A stretch of DNA of 64,000 nt from a candidate division FCPU426 bacterium. GTDB taxonomy: Bacteria > Oederibacteriota > Muellerivitia > Muellerivitales > Muellerivitaceae. The notes below the pieces were generated by a model. That model was not told the origin of the DNA. It worked only from the letters and a program-made list of their open reading frames with translations, and searched no databases. This document shows positions 37,879 through 47,453 of the stretch, in pieces; position 1 is the stretch's first letter; each line of letters begins with the position of its first letter. The DNA lies in contig CAVRAL010000004.1 of the NCBI GenBank assembly GCA_963719085.1, forward strand, positions 384,001-448,000. Reading direction: 5' to 3'. Both the position numbers and the translations under genes were made by a program.

Positions 37879-40800
37879 CTAACTCCGCACCGCGAAATAC
37901 TCGCATTCGGGGTGGTGGATGACGATCGCCGAAGTCGATTGTTCCGGCACCATCATATGGGCCTCTGTCAGCGAGATGCCGATCGCCTTGGTGGCGTCCA
38001 GCAGGCGGAAATATTTTTCCTGGTCCGATTGCTCCGGGCAAGCCGGATAACCGGGTGAATAGCGCTTCCCCTGTCCAATCGGAAGGTTCCATTCTTTGCG
38101 GATGCGGCGGTGGATCCATTCGGCCATGGCTTCCGCGGTTTGCACGGCGAGCCCATGTAAATAGTAGGACTCGGAGTATTTGCCTTCTTTGTTCAGCCGC
38201 TCGGTTTCTTCCGTGGCTCGGTCGCCCACCGTCACGACTTGAAACGCCACCACGTCTTTTTCGCCCGATGACAGGGGTTTAAAATAATCCGACAGGCACA
38301 AGTGCCGTCCCACCCTTTGGCGGGGGAACTTGAACCGTTCGAGTTCCTTACCCTTGTCGTCATAAATCATCAGGTCATTGCCCTCGGACGCGGCGCACCA
38401 ATAGCCATAGACCAATTTGGGCTCGAACAAACCGCTGGCTAAAATCTCATCCTGCATCTTGAGGCGCATGGGCTCGAATTGGGTCTTGATCATGTGCTTG
38501 TACTCGTCCGAATCCTTGCCCTTCACGCCCCAGTTGAGTTTGTAAAGCTGGGTCAAGTCCAAATAAGGCCACACTTCGCGCAAGGGCACCTTTTGAATAA
38601 TGGAAGTCCCAAAGAAAGGATTCTTGGGGAAAAAGGTCGCGGGTTTTACCGTGGGCGGGTATTTTTCGGGCGTGGCTTCGCCTTCTTCCACCACGGCGTC
38701 GGCGAAATTAGTTTCCTTCGCTTTCAAGGCGTCTTCCTTCACCTTGTTGCGGAAAGTTTCCCGGCTGGCCAAATCGGACAAGGCGTTCAAAATGTCCAAC
38801 CCCTCAAAAGCGTCCTTGGCGTAATAAACACCCGGTTCGTAGAGCTTTTCATCCACAAAACTGATGCGGTAGCCGTAGCGGCGGTTGATGGCCGCGCCGC
38901 CCACCACCACGGGATATTGAAGCCCGAGTTTTTCGAGTTCTTGCACGCAAATGGGCATCTGCTTGGAGGTAACCACCAAAAGGGCGGACAAACCGATGGC
39001 GTCGGCCTGCACTTCCTGCGCCTTGGCGATGATGGCGGAAACCGGCACTTGTTTACCCAGGTCAAACACCGTGTAACCGTTGTTGGAAAGGATGGTGCGC
39101 ACCAAGTTTTTTCCGATATCGTGCACATCGCCGTATACCGTGGCCAAAACGACTTTCCCCTTGGACGCTGAGCTGTTTTTATCTAAAAACTGTTCCACGT
39201 AACTCACGGCTTTTTTCATGACCTCCGCCGACTGCAAAACGAAGGGCAAAATGAGTTCGCCCGAGCCGAACTTATCCCCGACTTCTTTCATGGCCGGAAG
39301 CAAAACCGTGTTCAAAACCTGCACGGCGGTCTTTTCTTTTAAAACCTCCGCCAAGTCTTCCTCAATCTTGTCGGGCCTGCGGTTGACGATTTTCCAATGC
39401 GCCCTTTGGGCGGGCGTCATGCCTTCGGTCGGATTCACGGCGGCCTGCGCCTCCACCGGTCCCTTGCCCTCAAAATGTTGGATGAATTTGGCCAGCGCCT
39501 GCGGGTCCCGGTTAAACACCAAGTCATCGGACAGTTTGCGTTCGTCTTCCGGGATGGCGGCATAGGGCTTGATGTCAGCGGGATTTAAGATGGCCATATC
39601 CATGCCGGCCTGCACGCAATGGTAAAGAAAGACCGAGTTCAAAACTTCACGGGCCTGCTTGGCCAGCCCAAAGGAAACGTTCGAAAGGCCGAGGATGGTT
39701 CGGACGCCGGGGATTTCTTTTTTAATAGCCCGGATGCCTTCCAGGGTCTCGACGGCGGAATTCCTAAATTCTTCCTCGCCGGTGGCCAAGGTAAAGGTCA
39801 GGGCGTCAAACACGATATCCTCGGCCGGGATGCCGTACTCGTTCACGCAGATGTCGGTGATTTTTTTCGCCACTTCCAATTTACGCGCGGCCGTCTTGGC
39901 CATGCCCTTTTCCGCGGGTTTGGACTTGTCGTAATAAAGATCGTCAATCGTCATGGCCACGACCGTGGCCCCGTATTTTTTAGCCAAGGGGCAAACCCGT
40001 TTCACCCGGCCGCCGTCCCCTTCCAAATTGATCGAGTTGATCATGGCCCGGCCCGGATAAATTTTGAGGGCTTCCTCAATGACATCCGACTCGGTGGAAT
40101 CGATCATGAGCGGGCTGTCCACGCCTAAAGCCAGCTTTTTCACGATCTTCTTCATCTGCTCTTTTTCATCCGCGCGCTCGGTCAAGGCCACGCAAATATC
40201 CAGCACATGGGCGCCGCCTTCGGCTTGGCCCCGGCCCACATTCACCATGCCCTGATAATCATCGGCCAAAAGCATTTGCTTGATTTTGCGCGACCCTTGG
40301 GAATTCACCCGCTCGCCTACGATGAGGGGTTTGGGGTCTTGGTCCATGGAAACGCTTTTGATCATGGACGAGACGTTGCAAACATGCGTCACGGCGCGCT
40401 TTTTAGGTTTTTGTTTGCCGATGGCCTCAACGACTTGGCGCAAATGCTCGTGCGTGGTTCCGCAACAGCCGCCCACCACGCCCACGCCGAATTCCTCGAC
40501 GAATTCCTTCAGCGCCGACGCCAGTTCTTTAGGGCCCAGCGGATAAAAGGCCTGGCCGCCCCGGTTTTCAGGGAGCCCCGCGTTCGGGATGGTGGAAATA
40601 GGGATATGGGAATATTGGCTCAAGTACCGCACCGAGTCCTTCATTTCTTTAGGACCGGTAGAACAATTCATGCCGATGACGTCGATGGGAAGCCGGGAAA
40701 AGGTGGAAAGCACGGAACCAATCTCGGTTCCTAAAAGCATGCGGCCCGTGGTGTCGAGCGTAGTTTGGGCTTGGATGGCGACTTTTGATTTTTTCTCAAG

Positions 40801-41349
40801 ACGGGCCCGGTGACAGCCGAATACCGCCGCCCGCATTTCAAGAATATCCTGGCTGGTCTCCACCAATAAAGCGTCCACGCCCGCGTCGATCATGATGCAG
40901 GCCTGTTCGTAATAAATGGCTTCCAGTTCATCCACCGTGATATTTCCCAAGTCCGGGTCTTCGGAGGCCGGCAGCATCCCGGTGGGGCCCATGGATCCGA
41001 CGACAAAGCGGGGATGATCCGGCGTGGAATATTTATCCGCCAGCTCTCGGGCCAGCTTGACCGCGGCCGTATTCACCTGGACGATTTGATCCGCGATGCC
41101 GTACTCGGCCAGCTTTAAGCGGTTGGAACCGAAGGTATTGGTTTCCAGGGCGTCCACGCCCACCTTGAGAAAGCCCTCATGGATTTCCCGGATCACTTGG
41201 GGCTTGGTAATGACCAAATAGTCGTTCAGGCCTTCTTTCCCGCCAAAATCCTCTTTGGACAGGTTGTAGGTCTGGATATTGGTGCCCATGGCGCCATCGA
41301 AAATGATGACCTTTTCTTTTAAAACGTCCAAATAAAGCGGTCGGGACAC
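37879..41349 (-). CDS. metH: Cobalamin-dependent methionine synthase
   Basis: DGAMGT, GMNCSTGP, GGCCGT, GERVN, GDVHDIGKN, RYSPGYPACP, PEQSTSA. Confidence 0.96.
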   Translation of the reverse strand: MSRPLYLDVLKEKVIIFDGAMGTNIQTYNLSKEDFGGKEGLNDYLVITKPQVIREIHEGFLKVGVDALETNTFGSNRLKLAEYGIADQIVQVNTAAVKLARELADKYSTPDHPRFVVGSMGPTGMLPASEDPDLGNITVDELEAIYYEQACIMIDAGVDALLVETSQDILEMRAAVFGCHRARLEKKSKVAIQAQTTLDTTGRMLLGTEIGSVLSTFSRLPIDVIGMNCSTGPKEMKDSVRYLSQYSHIPISTIPNAGLPENRGGQAFYPLGPKELASALKEFVEEFGVGVVGGCCGTTHEHLRQVVEAIGKQKPKKRAVTHVCNVSSMIKSVSMDQDPKPLIVGERVNSQGSRKIKQMLLADDYQGMVNVGRGQAEGGAHVLDICVALTERADEKEQMKKIVKKLALGVDSPLMIDSTESDVIEEALKIYPGRAMINSINLEGDGGRVKRVCPLAKKYGATVVAMTIDDLYYDKSKPAEKGMAKTAARKLEVAKKITDICVNEYGIPAEDIVFDALTFTLATGEEEFRNSAVETLEGIRAIKKEIPGVRTILGLSNVSFGLAKQAREVLNSVFLYHCVQAGMDMAILNPADIKPYAAIPEDERKLSDDLVFNRDPQALAKFIQHFEGKGPVEAQAAVNPTEGMTPAQRAHWKIVNRRPDKIEEDLAEVLKEKTAVQVLNTVLLPAMKEVGDKFGSGELILPFVLQSAEVMKKAVSYVEQFLDKNSSASKGKVVLATVYGDVHDIGKNLVRTILSNNGYTVFDLGKQVPVSAIIAKAQEVQADAIGLSALLVVTSKQMPICVQELEKLGLQYPVVVGGAAINRRYGYRISFVDEKLYEPGVYYAKDAFEGLDILNALSDLASRETFRNKVKEDALKAKETNFADAVVEEGEATPEKYPPTVKPATFFPKNPFFGTSIIQKVPLREVWPYLDLTQLYKLNWGVKGKDSDEYKHMIKTQFEPMRLKMQDEILASGLFEPKLVYGYWCAASEGNDLMIYDDKGKELERFKFPRQRVGRHLCLSDYFKPLSSGEKDVVAFQVVTVGDRATEETERLNKEGKYSESYYLHGLAVQTAEAMAEWIHRRIRKEWNLPIGQGKRYSPGYPACPEQSDQEKYFRLLDATKAIGISLTEAHMMVPEQSTSAIVIHHPECEYFAVRS

Positions 41350-41438
41350 GGGACACCCTTCTTTCTATATATAAGGGACAGAGCGCCACAGTTTAAGGAC
41401 TTCCGCCCCGGTCTTCAAGCGCCCCGCGTCGGGGCAAT

Positions 41439-41475
41439 AAAAAAGGGGCGGAAACCTTTCGGTCCCGCCCCTTTT
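41439..41475 (-). terminator. Intrinsic terminator
   Basis: AAAAGGGGCGG...CCGCCCCTTTT. Confidence 0.75.
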
Positions 41476-41531
41476 CATCCTGAAACAACTCAATCGGCCT
41501 TAAGGATTGAACCCTTATTCAGCCGCCAAGA

Positions 41532-41783
41532 TCAATTATGGATCCCGACATTAAGGCTGACCCCGTTACGCGGCGGCGGCGCCTCATGATAATCGTTGTC
41601 ATAATAACGATGGTGATGGTCGTAATAATAGCGGCGGTGATTCCAGTAGTGATAATGCCTCACCGGCGCCACCACAATGACCTTCGCGTGGTCGTCATGA
41701 TCATGATGGTAATCATCCGCCATCGCGACCCCCGTTACCGCCAAAAACAAAAGCCCCAAAAAAGCGTTTAAAAGTTTTTTCAT
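41532..41783 (-). CDS. Small secreted His/Tyr/Asp-rich protein
   Basis: GGAG RBS, signal peptide, DDYHHDHDDH...YYYDHHHRYY. Confidence 0.7.
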   Translation of the reverse strand: MKKLLNAFLGLLFLAVTGVAMADDYHHDHDDHAKVIVVAPVRHYHYWNHRRYYYDHHHRYYDNDYHEAPPPRNGVSLNVGIHN

Positions 41784-42067
41784 AAATTCTCCCTTACAAC
41801 CAAAGACGGCGACTTCCTGGCACACCTAGGACAAGATAAAAAATCTTTCCTTACGAGAAAAACGCGCTTGGTTTCCCGATCAAAAATAGGAGGTGTGGAG
41901 AGCAGGCCGTGATGACGCTCGTTTACTATCCGCTTACCAACGGATTAAAGACAGTGCCCGGGAAAAAGAAATGAAAATAGTTTATCGGTCCCGAGAATTT
42001 ACCGATCAAAATGATTCCATTCGGATGAGAAAAGGCGTTTGGACCAAGCGGGGGCGGCGAAACTAGG

Positions 42068-42391
42068 CTAAAGCCGCTTTTTCGGACCGCGTTTTTTTGA
42101 GGGCATTTTCTTTCGACGGACCCGAGCGCCTAGCCATTTTTCAACTAATTCCATTTTTGCCCGGCGGGTTTTTCGTTTGTATCGGCGCTCACGTTTAAGG
42201 GCTTGTGAATAGGTGCCGATTTTACGGCTGAAGACCAACTCAACGGGAAGCCGCGTTTTGGTATAGCGGGCGCCCCTGCCTAAAGAATGATTCTTCACCC
42301 GGGTAGCCAAACGGTTGCTGATGCCGGTGTAGAGGGTGCCGTCCGCGCAGCGCAGCATGTAGAGAAACCACGGATTGGGGTTCTTTACCAT
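42068..42391 (-). CDS. GIY-YIG nuclease family protein (UPF0213-like)
   Basis: YMLRCADGTLYTG, H..G.GARYT..R.PV. Confidence 0.85.
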   Translation of the reverse strand: MVKNPNPWFLYMLRCADGTLYTGISNRLATRVKNHSLGRGARYTKTRLPVELVFSRKIGTYSQALKRERRYKRKTRRAKMELVEKWLGARVRRKKMPSKKRGPKKRL

Positions 42392-43062
42392 ATATAAGGA
42401 GCCAGTCGATAAGGCGTTTTGCGGCAATAAGCCTTATAGCCGGGTAATTTTTTGGATAGAAATTTTTCTTCCGCCAAAAGCCGGACGATGATGACGGCGT
42501 AAAGCCCGGCCACCGGAATCAAACCCCAAAAGGATCCCAACGCCAAGGGCATCCCCGCCAGCAGTCCAAGAGCCCCCGCGTACATGGGATGACGCACCCA
42601 GGTATAGGGACCGGCGGAGATGACCTTTTGTTTCTTACGCACCTTCACGGTCGAAGCCGCGTAGGTATTTTCCTTAAAGACTCGGAAGATGACGCCGTAA
42701 CCCAAGAAAACCAAAGCGTCCCCCGCCCAGACCAGCGGGAGAGGGACCCGCGACCACCCCAACCGATAGTCTAATCCGGGGATGATCAAGGACAAGGCAA
42801 AGCAAAGACTGGCCAGGGTCTGGATGATTTTTTGAGCCCGCTCTTGTTCGGCCACCGGTCCGGCTTGAAGGCGGCTTTCAATCAACTTGGGGTCGCGTTT
42901 GATGAAATAAAAGGTAACCGCCGCCGCGCAGGCCAGAAAAAAAAATAGAAAAATCCAACCCTGCCAATACCGAAATGTGCCCGCGGGTAAAAAAATGAAA
43001 AGAGCCAAGACCATGAGAAGTTTGAGGAACCCCGAAAAGGCTTGGACCGTAAGTTTGTTCAT
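42385..43062 (-). CDS. Isoprenylcysteine carboxylmethyltransferase-like membrane protein
   Basis: GPY..VRHPMY, R...EE..L...LPGY..Y. Confidence 0.85.
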   Translation of the reverse strand: MNKLTVQAFSGFLKLLMVLALFIFLPAGTFRYWQGWIFLFFFLACAAAVTFYFIKRDPKLIESRLQAGPVAEQERAQKIIQTLASLCFALSLIIPGLDYRLGWSRVPLPLVWAGDALVFLGYGVIFRVFKENTYAASTVKVRKKQKVISAGPYTWVRHPMYAGALGLLAGMPLALGSFWGLIPVAGLYAVIIVRLLAEEKFLSKKLPGYKAYCRKTPYRLAPYIW

Positions 43063-43134
43063 ATTTGGATTATTTTAAGGGGGAAAAGACCGGAAGGAAA
43101 CCCATAGACTTTAAGAGAAGACCACGTCAAAAAA

Positions 43135-43225
43135 TGGCGGAGAGAAAGGGATTCGAACCCTTGAGACCCTTTTGGAGCCTACACGCTTTCCAGGCGTGCG
43201 CCTTCGACCGCTCGGCCATCTCTCC
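43135..43225 (-). tRNA. tRNA-Ser(GGA)
   Basis: GGAGAGATGGCCGAGCGG..., loop CTGGAAA, long variable arm, TTCGAAT, encoded CCA. Confidence 0.95.
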
Positions 43226-43320
43226 ATCAATTGACTCGGCTTGGCGCACGTGCGCCTGAACTCAATTCAAACTTTAATTTTATTCTTAATGGACGATTTC
43301 GTTTCGGCCCTTCGGGACCG

Positions 43321-43343
43321 TCGACCGCTCGGCCATCGCTCCA
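43321..43343 (-). repeat. Duplicated 5' fragment of tRNA-Ser
   Basis: 22/23 identity to 43204-43226, offset 117 bp. Confidence 0.8.
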
Positions 43344-43410
43344 CAAACAACGCCATAAAAACAAAAAGCCCGCCTCATGCAGCGAGCTAAAACCCAAGCC
43401 ATGAAAAAAA

Positions 43411-43486
43411 TGGTGGAGATGAGCGGGATCGAACCGCCGACCTTCTCGTTGCGAACGAGACGCTCTCCCAACTGAGCTACATCCCC
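43411..43486 (-). tRNA. tRNA-Ala(CGC)
   Basis: GGGGATGTAGCTCAG..., anticodon loop TTCGCAA, G3:U70, CCA; 76 nt. Confidence 0.95.
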
Positions 43487-43602
43487 ATCTGTCTCTAGAC
43501 CGCCTAACCGCGCCAATTTCGTTGAAACGGCGTCTCGTTCGACGGCCCTAAAATACTTTAGGAAAAGTCCGCTCTATGGACTTTTCAACCTTCCGTCCAC
43601 AA

Positions 43603-43633
43603 AGACGCTCTCCCAACTGAGCTACATCCCCAT
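43603..43633 (-). repeat. Duplicated 5' fragment of tRNA-Ala
   Basis: 31 bp identical to 43458-43488, offset 145 bp. Confidence 0.9.
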
Positions 43634-43702
43634 GTCCTTCAACCAACCCATCCTTCGACTCGCCGATGCTCCGCATCGTCTTGCTCCGGACAGGCCTAGC
43701 TC

Positions 43703-44173
43703 CTACCGCTTACGCAGGTCCTTAAAAAACTCGCTCAAAATCCGCGAACAGTCTTCTTTTAATATACCGCTTTCCACCAACACCCGGTGGTTCAGCTTGG
43801 GGTTCAAAAGGACCCTAGCCGTACTATCCACCGCTCCCGCTTTGGGGTCCGGGGTTCCATAGTAAACCGTCCGAACACGGGACAAAACCATGGCACCCGC
43901 GCACATCGTGCAGGGTTCCAAGGTCACGTATAAATCACAGTCGCTTAACCGCCAGTCGCTTCGCTTGGCCGAGGCCTTGCTCAAGGCCACCATTTCGGCG
44001 TGGACTAAGGCGCTTTTTTTGGCTTCCGTCAGGTTGTGTCCCCGGGCAATGATCTTCCCCTGATACACCACCACGGCTCCCACCGGCACTTCTTTTTTGA
44101 CCGCGGCTTTACGGGCTTCCCGCAGGGCCGCCTTCATAAACTTTTCGTGGGGATTTTTCAGCTGATTCCTCAC
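43703..44173 (-). CDS. tadA: tRNA adenosine(34) deaminase
   Basis: EVPVGAV, HAE, WRL....LYVTLEPCTMCAGA, DPKAGA, LNH. Confidence 0.92.
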   Translation of the reverse strand: MRNQLKNPHEKFMKAALREARKAAVKKEVPVGAVVVYQGKIIARGHNLTEAKKSALVHAEMVALSKASAKRSDWRLSDCDLYVTLEPCTMCAGAMVLSRVRTVYYGTPDPKAGAVDSTARVLLNPKLNHRVLVESGILKEDCSRILSEFFKDLRKR

Positions 44174-44314
44174 CGCTTCTTGAAAACCATCACCCCAGGG
44201 ACTCTCCTATATAGAAGAGACTGGGTATATTTTAAAAAAGAAAATGACGCGTCCCAAAGAACTACCATTTCCTCATTTTATGGCGGCGAAACCGCCACCC
44301 ATACAATGAGAAAA

Positions 44315-44391
44315 TGGTGCGCCTGGAGGGATTTGAACCCCCAACCCTCTGATCCGTAGTCAGATACTCTATCCAGTTGAGCTACAGGCGC
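44315..44391 (-). tRNA. tRNA-Arg(ACG)
   Basis: GCGCCTGTAGCTCAACTGGATAGAG, loop CTACGGA, CCA; 77 nt. Confidence 0.95.
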
Positions 44392-44608
44392 GATCCGCTC
44401 TTCTTGGGGCCAAGGCCCAAAGAAGAGCGGATATATTACCCAAAAGCCTATTTTTATCGCAAGTACAAAGGGATTTGTTTAAGGCAGCGGCCTGCGCCAA
44501 CTCGCGAGGGCTAACCCCGCCCTTAAAGCTGAAAAGTCGGGCTCTTGCGCTAATTTAGCCCCCATCCCTAGAGGATGGACGTCCGAAAAACCCCCGTAGT
44601 TGACAACT

Positions 44609-45577
44609 TCAGAGCCGCGACTGATCCGAAACTATCCCAATTTTTCGCAGCCATGCCTCCATCAATTGAGGCCATTCCGTAATGGGAAACTTTGTGCGAC
44701 GCAGTCCAAACCCATGCCCGCCATGCGCATATAAATGCATCTCCACGGGGACTCCGGCCTTCTTTAGGGCGATATCGTAAACCAAGGAATTGTTGACGTC
44801 GTCCACCGGGTCATCCTCCGCCTGCGCTAAAAACGTCGGCGGCGTCTGGCGGGTAATATTGGCTTGGATATCCGGATTCAACTCCCACTTATTACTTTGA
44901 GCGCAAAGATGCCCCGGGTAGAGGACCACCGCAAAATCCGGGCGGCAACTCTCTTTATCAGCCGCGTCCACAGCCGGATATAACCGCTCTTTAAAATGAG
45001 CGCTAATAACTGCCGCCAGATGCCCGCCGGCCGAAAAGCCAAGCACTCCTATTTTGCGGGGATCAATGTTCCATTCGGCGGCGTGAAAACGAACCAACCC
45101 CACTGTCCGTTGCGCATCTTCCAGCGCTGTCGAAATTTTCGGAACGACGAGGCGGTCAAGCCGCGAGTCATAATGTGGCCCCGAACCCGGCACGCGGTAT
45201 TTCAACAACACCGCGGTGATACCCCGGGACGCCAGCCAATCACAAACTTCCGTGCCTTCAAGATCAATGGCCAGAACATCGTAGCCTCCGCCAGGAAACA
45301 CAACGACCGCCACACCTCGGTTACTTCCCTTGGGGGGATAGATCGTCATGGTCGGCCTCGAAACATCACAAACCGCGACCCAAGGCTTTCCCGCGATCAA
45401 TGGATCGTTCCTGACCACGCAATATTCTGATCCTGGGACTGTCTGCGCGTCAGGCGCCGCCCCGGGCCAAATGGGTATTTGTCGATGACCTTGCGGCGGT
45501 TGCCAGACATTCGTCTGCGCCCACAAATTTCCAACCGCCAATAAAAAAACCATAGCCGCAATTAAAGGTTTTATCAA
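44609..45577 (-). CDS. Secreted alpha/beta hydrolase (acetyl esterase-like)
   Basis: PGGGY, GFSAGGH, EDDPVD, GGHGFG. Confidence 0.85.
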   Translation of the reverse strand: MIKPLIAAMVFLLAVGNLWAQTNVWQPPQGHRQIPIWPGAAPDAQTVPGSEYCVVRNDPLIAGKPWVAVCDVSRPTMTIYPPKGSNRGVAVVVFPGGGYDVLAIDLEGTEVCDWLASRGITAVLLKYRVPGSGPHYDSRLDRLVVPKISTALEDAQRTVGLVRFHAAEWNIDPRKIGVLGFSAGGHLAAVISAHFKERLYPAVDAADKESCRPDFAVVLYPGHLCAQSNKWELNPDIQANITRQTPPTFLAQAEDDPVDDVNNSLVYDIALKKAGVPVEMHLYAHGGHGFGLRRTKFPITEWPQLMEAWLRKIGIVSDQSRL

Positions 45578-45648
45578 ATTCCCACCATTTTTACGGCTCG
45601 TCTATTCCGGGTCCCTTTCGCGGACGAGGCCGTCCCTTACCTTAACGC

Positions 45649-46401
45649 TTATTGAAGCAGGACAAGCCAATTCGGCAGGGCCTGAATCAAAAAACCAATA
45701 ATGGCGAAAAACAATCCTACTATCGACATAACGCGCCGCGACATATGCTCCATCCGCCATTCCACCCAGGGGGTAAAGCAAGTGATAAAAAAACTGGAAA
45801 TCCAGATCGTCAAACCCACCCGCCAGAAAGAGGCCAATGGAAAAGTTGAGGTCGTCACCCCAGAAACCAAGTAACAAGAAATCCAAAATGAGAGACCAGC
45901 GCCTATCCCCCTTGCCACCGCCAGCCAAAAAGACGCGGGCCTGAATACCACCAGTTGAGGGCTTAATTCACGCTCTTTCGTCGTCGACCAGCCTAAAAAA
46001 TAAGTGCCGGTTAAAAATAGGCCGTTGAAAAGAAAAAACAAACCAGCGATCGGGCCGTTGGTGATCGTCCACAAAGCCAACGCTAAAACAAACGCCCTAG
46101 CCAGCGCCAGCAACACCATCGTGGACCAACTCATCGGTTTACCCTTCGTATGAATCCGTCGGGCTTCTTGATAATAGTCAACCCCCAGAATAATCCCCAT
46201 GCCTAAACCCGCGACCAGGCCGAACTTTAAACCCAACCCAAGACAAAAAGGGATTCCGTAGAGGAACATATAGGTGACCACGCGGGTCACACCGGCCAAG
46301 GGGCCATCTTTTCCCCCCAAAAGGTCGTAGGTCAAATAAAGTCCGCCCAGTGCCCCTAGGAGCGATCCGCCCAAATTGCACCAAGCTTCCCAATGCTGCA
46401 T
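45649..46401 (-). CDS. Multi-pass membrane hypothetical protein
   Basis: GAGGTG RBS; several hydrophobic helices. Confidence 0.7.
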   Translation of the reverse strand: MQHWEAWCNLGGSLLGALGGLYLTYDLLGGKDGPLAGVTRVVTYMFLYGIPFCLGLGLKFGLVAGLGMGIILGVDYYQEARRIHTKGKPMSWSTMVLLALARAFVLALALWTITNGPIAGLFFLFNGLFLTGTYFLGWSTTKERELSPQLVVFRPASFWLAVARGIGAGLSFWISCYLVSGVTTSTFPLASFWRVGLTIWISSFFITCFTPWVEWRMEHMSRRVMSIVGLFFAIIGFLIQALPNWLVLLQ

Positions 46402-46540
46402 GCCACACCTCTTCGGTGAATTTTGAATAACGGTTTTCCAATTCGGGCAAACCGTTCCATCATTTTGCTTTTGGATACCGTAGTAAAACTACACCCGAAA
46501 CCAATAAACCAGGAACGGTGAACCTAGTTTTCTTTTCCCT

Positions 46541-46993
46541 CTAAATATTGAATTGGCGGAGATGATGATCCAGGTGTTTGTATTCTAAGACGGCCCACTC
46601 CATGGGCGTAAGCCGGCCAAAAAAGGGATGGGGATGGCTCGTACAAGCCGAAGTCCCGCCTGAAACGAACCGGTCGATGAGCGAACAAAGACGCTCGCTC
46701 TCCACCGCTAGGTCGTGTTCGCCGCTCACGACCAACTCATCCAATGTAGGCGTATTGCGGCGAAATTCATCATCATTTCCTAAGACCATGGGTTTAATCA
46801 TGAAGCCTATCAATCGCCCGACCAACTTGCGGCGTGGCCTGATCTCACCCAGGGCCATCTCCAGTCCCAATACGCAATGCGCCATAACTTGGGCCGGACT
46901 CCGTTTTCCCCATTGCCGAACACTGTCGGGCCTCAGCTTATCAATCCGCCGCTTTACTTCATCCGCAAGAGCGACATCAAACAGGTTTTTCAT
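46541..46993 (-). CDS. DUF1569/DinB-like protein
   Basis: WGK.S..Q...HC, HPFFG.LT..EW....KHLDHHLRQF. Confidence 0.85.
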   Translation of the reverse strand: MKNLFDVALADEVKRRIDKLRPDSVRQWGKRSPAQVMAHCVLGLEMALGEIRPRRKLVGRLIGFMIKPMVLGNDDEFRRNTPTLDELVVSGEHDLAVESERLCSLIDRFVSGGTSACTSHPHPFFGRLTPMEWAVLEYKHLDHHLRQFNI

Positions 46994-47043
46994 TTGAGTT
47001 TTCTCCGCGAAAGATGAGTGCTTTTCGCTTGTTCAATCCGGGC

Positions 47044-47094
47044 CTCCATTCCGTACGATTCGCAAACCGTGAAGTTTGAGTTAATTCAACAAAA
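47044..47094 (-). repeat. 51-bp intergenic direct repeat R1
   Basis: CTCCATTCCGTACGATTCGCAAACCGTGAAGTTTGAGTTAATTCAACAAAA; 38/51 identical to R2, ungapped (hand count). Confidence 0.8.
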
Positions 47095-47116
47095 TGTCTA
47101 TCAAGCGACGAAGTGC

Positions 47117-47365
47117 TTAATCGTCACTATTATTGGTGAATTTTTTCCTGACAATTGAATCAATAATCCAAGCCAAAAGATAACCTCCAACAATCCCGGC
47201 AAAACCACTCCAACTCATAGGCCAGTGTCCCGTGGTAATTTTTAAAATCACCCAGTAAAAAATCATAATAAAAATCCAAAGAAGAAAACCAAACGCGGAC
47301 ACGTCTAATACACTGGGGCCCGTCCCCGGAGCTATCACGCCTTTTTGATTTAATTTTCTAATCAC
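47117..47365 (-). CDS. Small two-TM membrane protein
   Basis: 82 aa, two hydrophobic segments, AGGA RBS. Confidence 0.6.
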   Translation of the reverse strand: MIRKLNQKGVIAPGTGPSVLDVSAFGFLLWIFIMIFYWVILKITTGHWPMSWSGFAGIVGGYLLAWIIDSIVRKKFTNNSDD

Positions 47366-47453
47366 GGGTTTTTCCTGGAAAATTTAATCAGATAAATTAG
47401 TTCGAACTATTTAGTCTATAGCAACCCGCCAAAGAACCTTTTTCTCAAAAAGC

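Noticed and set aside
41350..41440. SAM or cobalamin riboswitch upstream of metH
   Set aside because: The leader is short and has no recognisable conserved aptamer motifs
41886..42066. Two tiny plus-strand ORFs after an AGGAGG
   Set aside because: About 20-30 codons, poor RBS spacing and no supporting features
42068..42391. GIY-YIG gene as a homing endonuclease or mobile element
   Set aside because: Short stand-alone UPF0213-like form, host-like composition, no intron or flanking repeats
43065..43516. ORFs 43065-43259 and 43286-43516
   Set aside because: They overlap tRNA-Ser and tRNA-Ala and are translation artefacts
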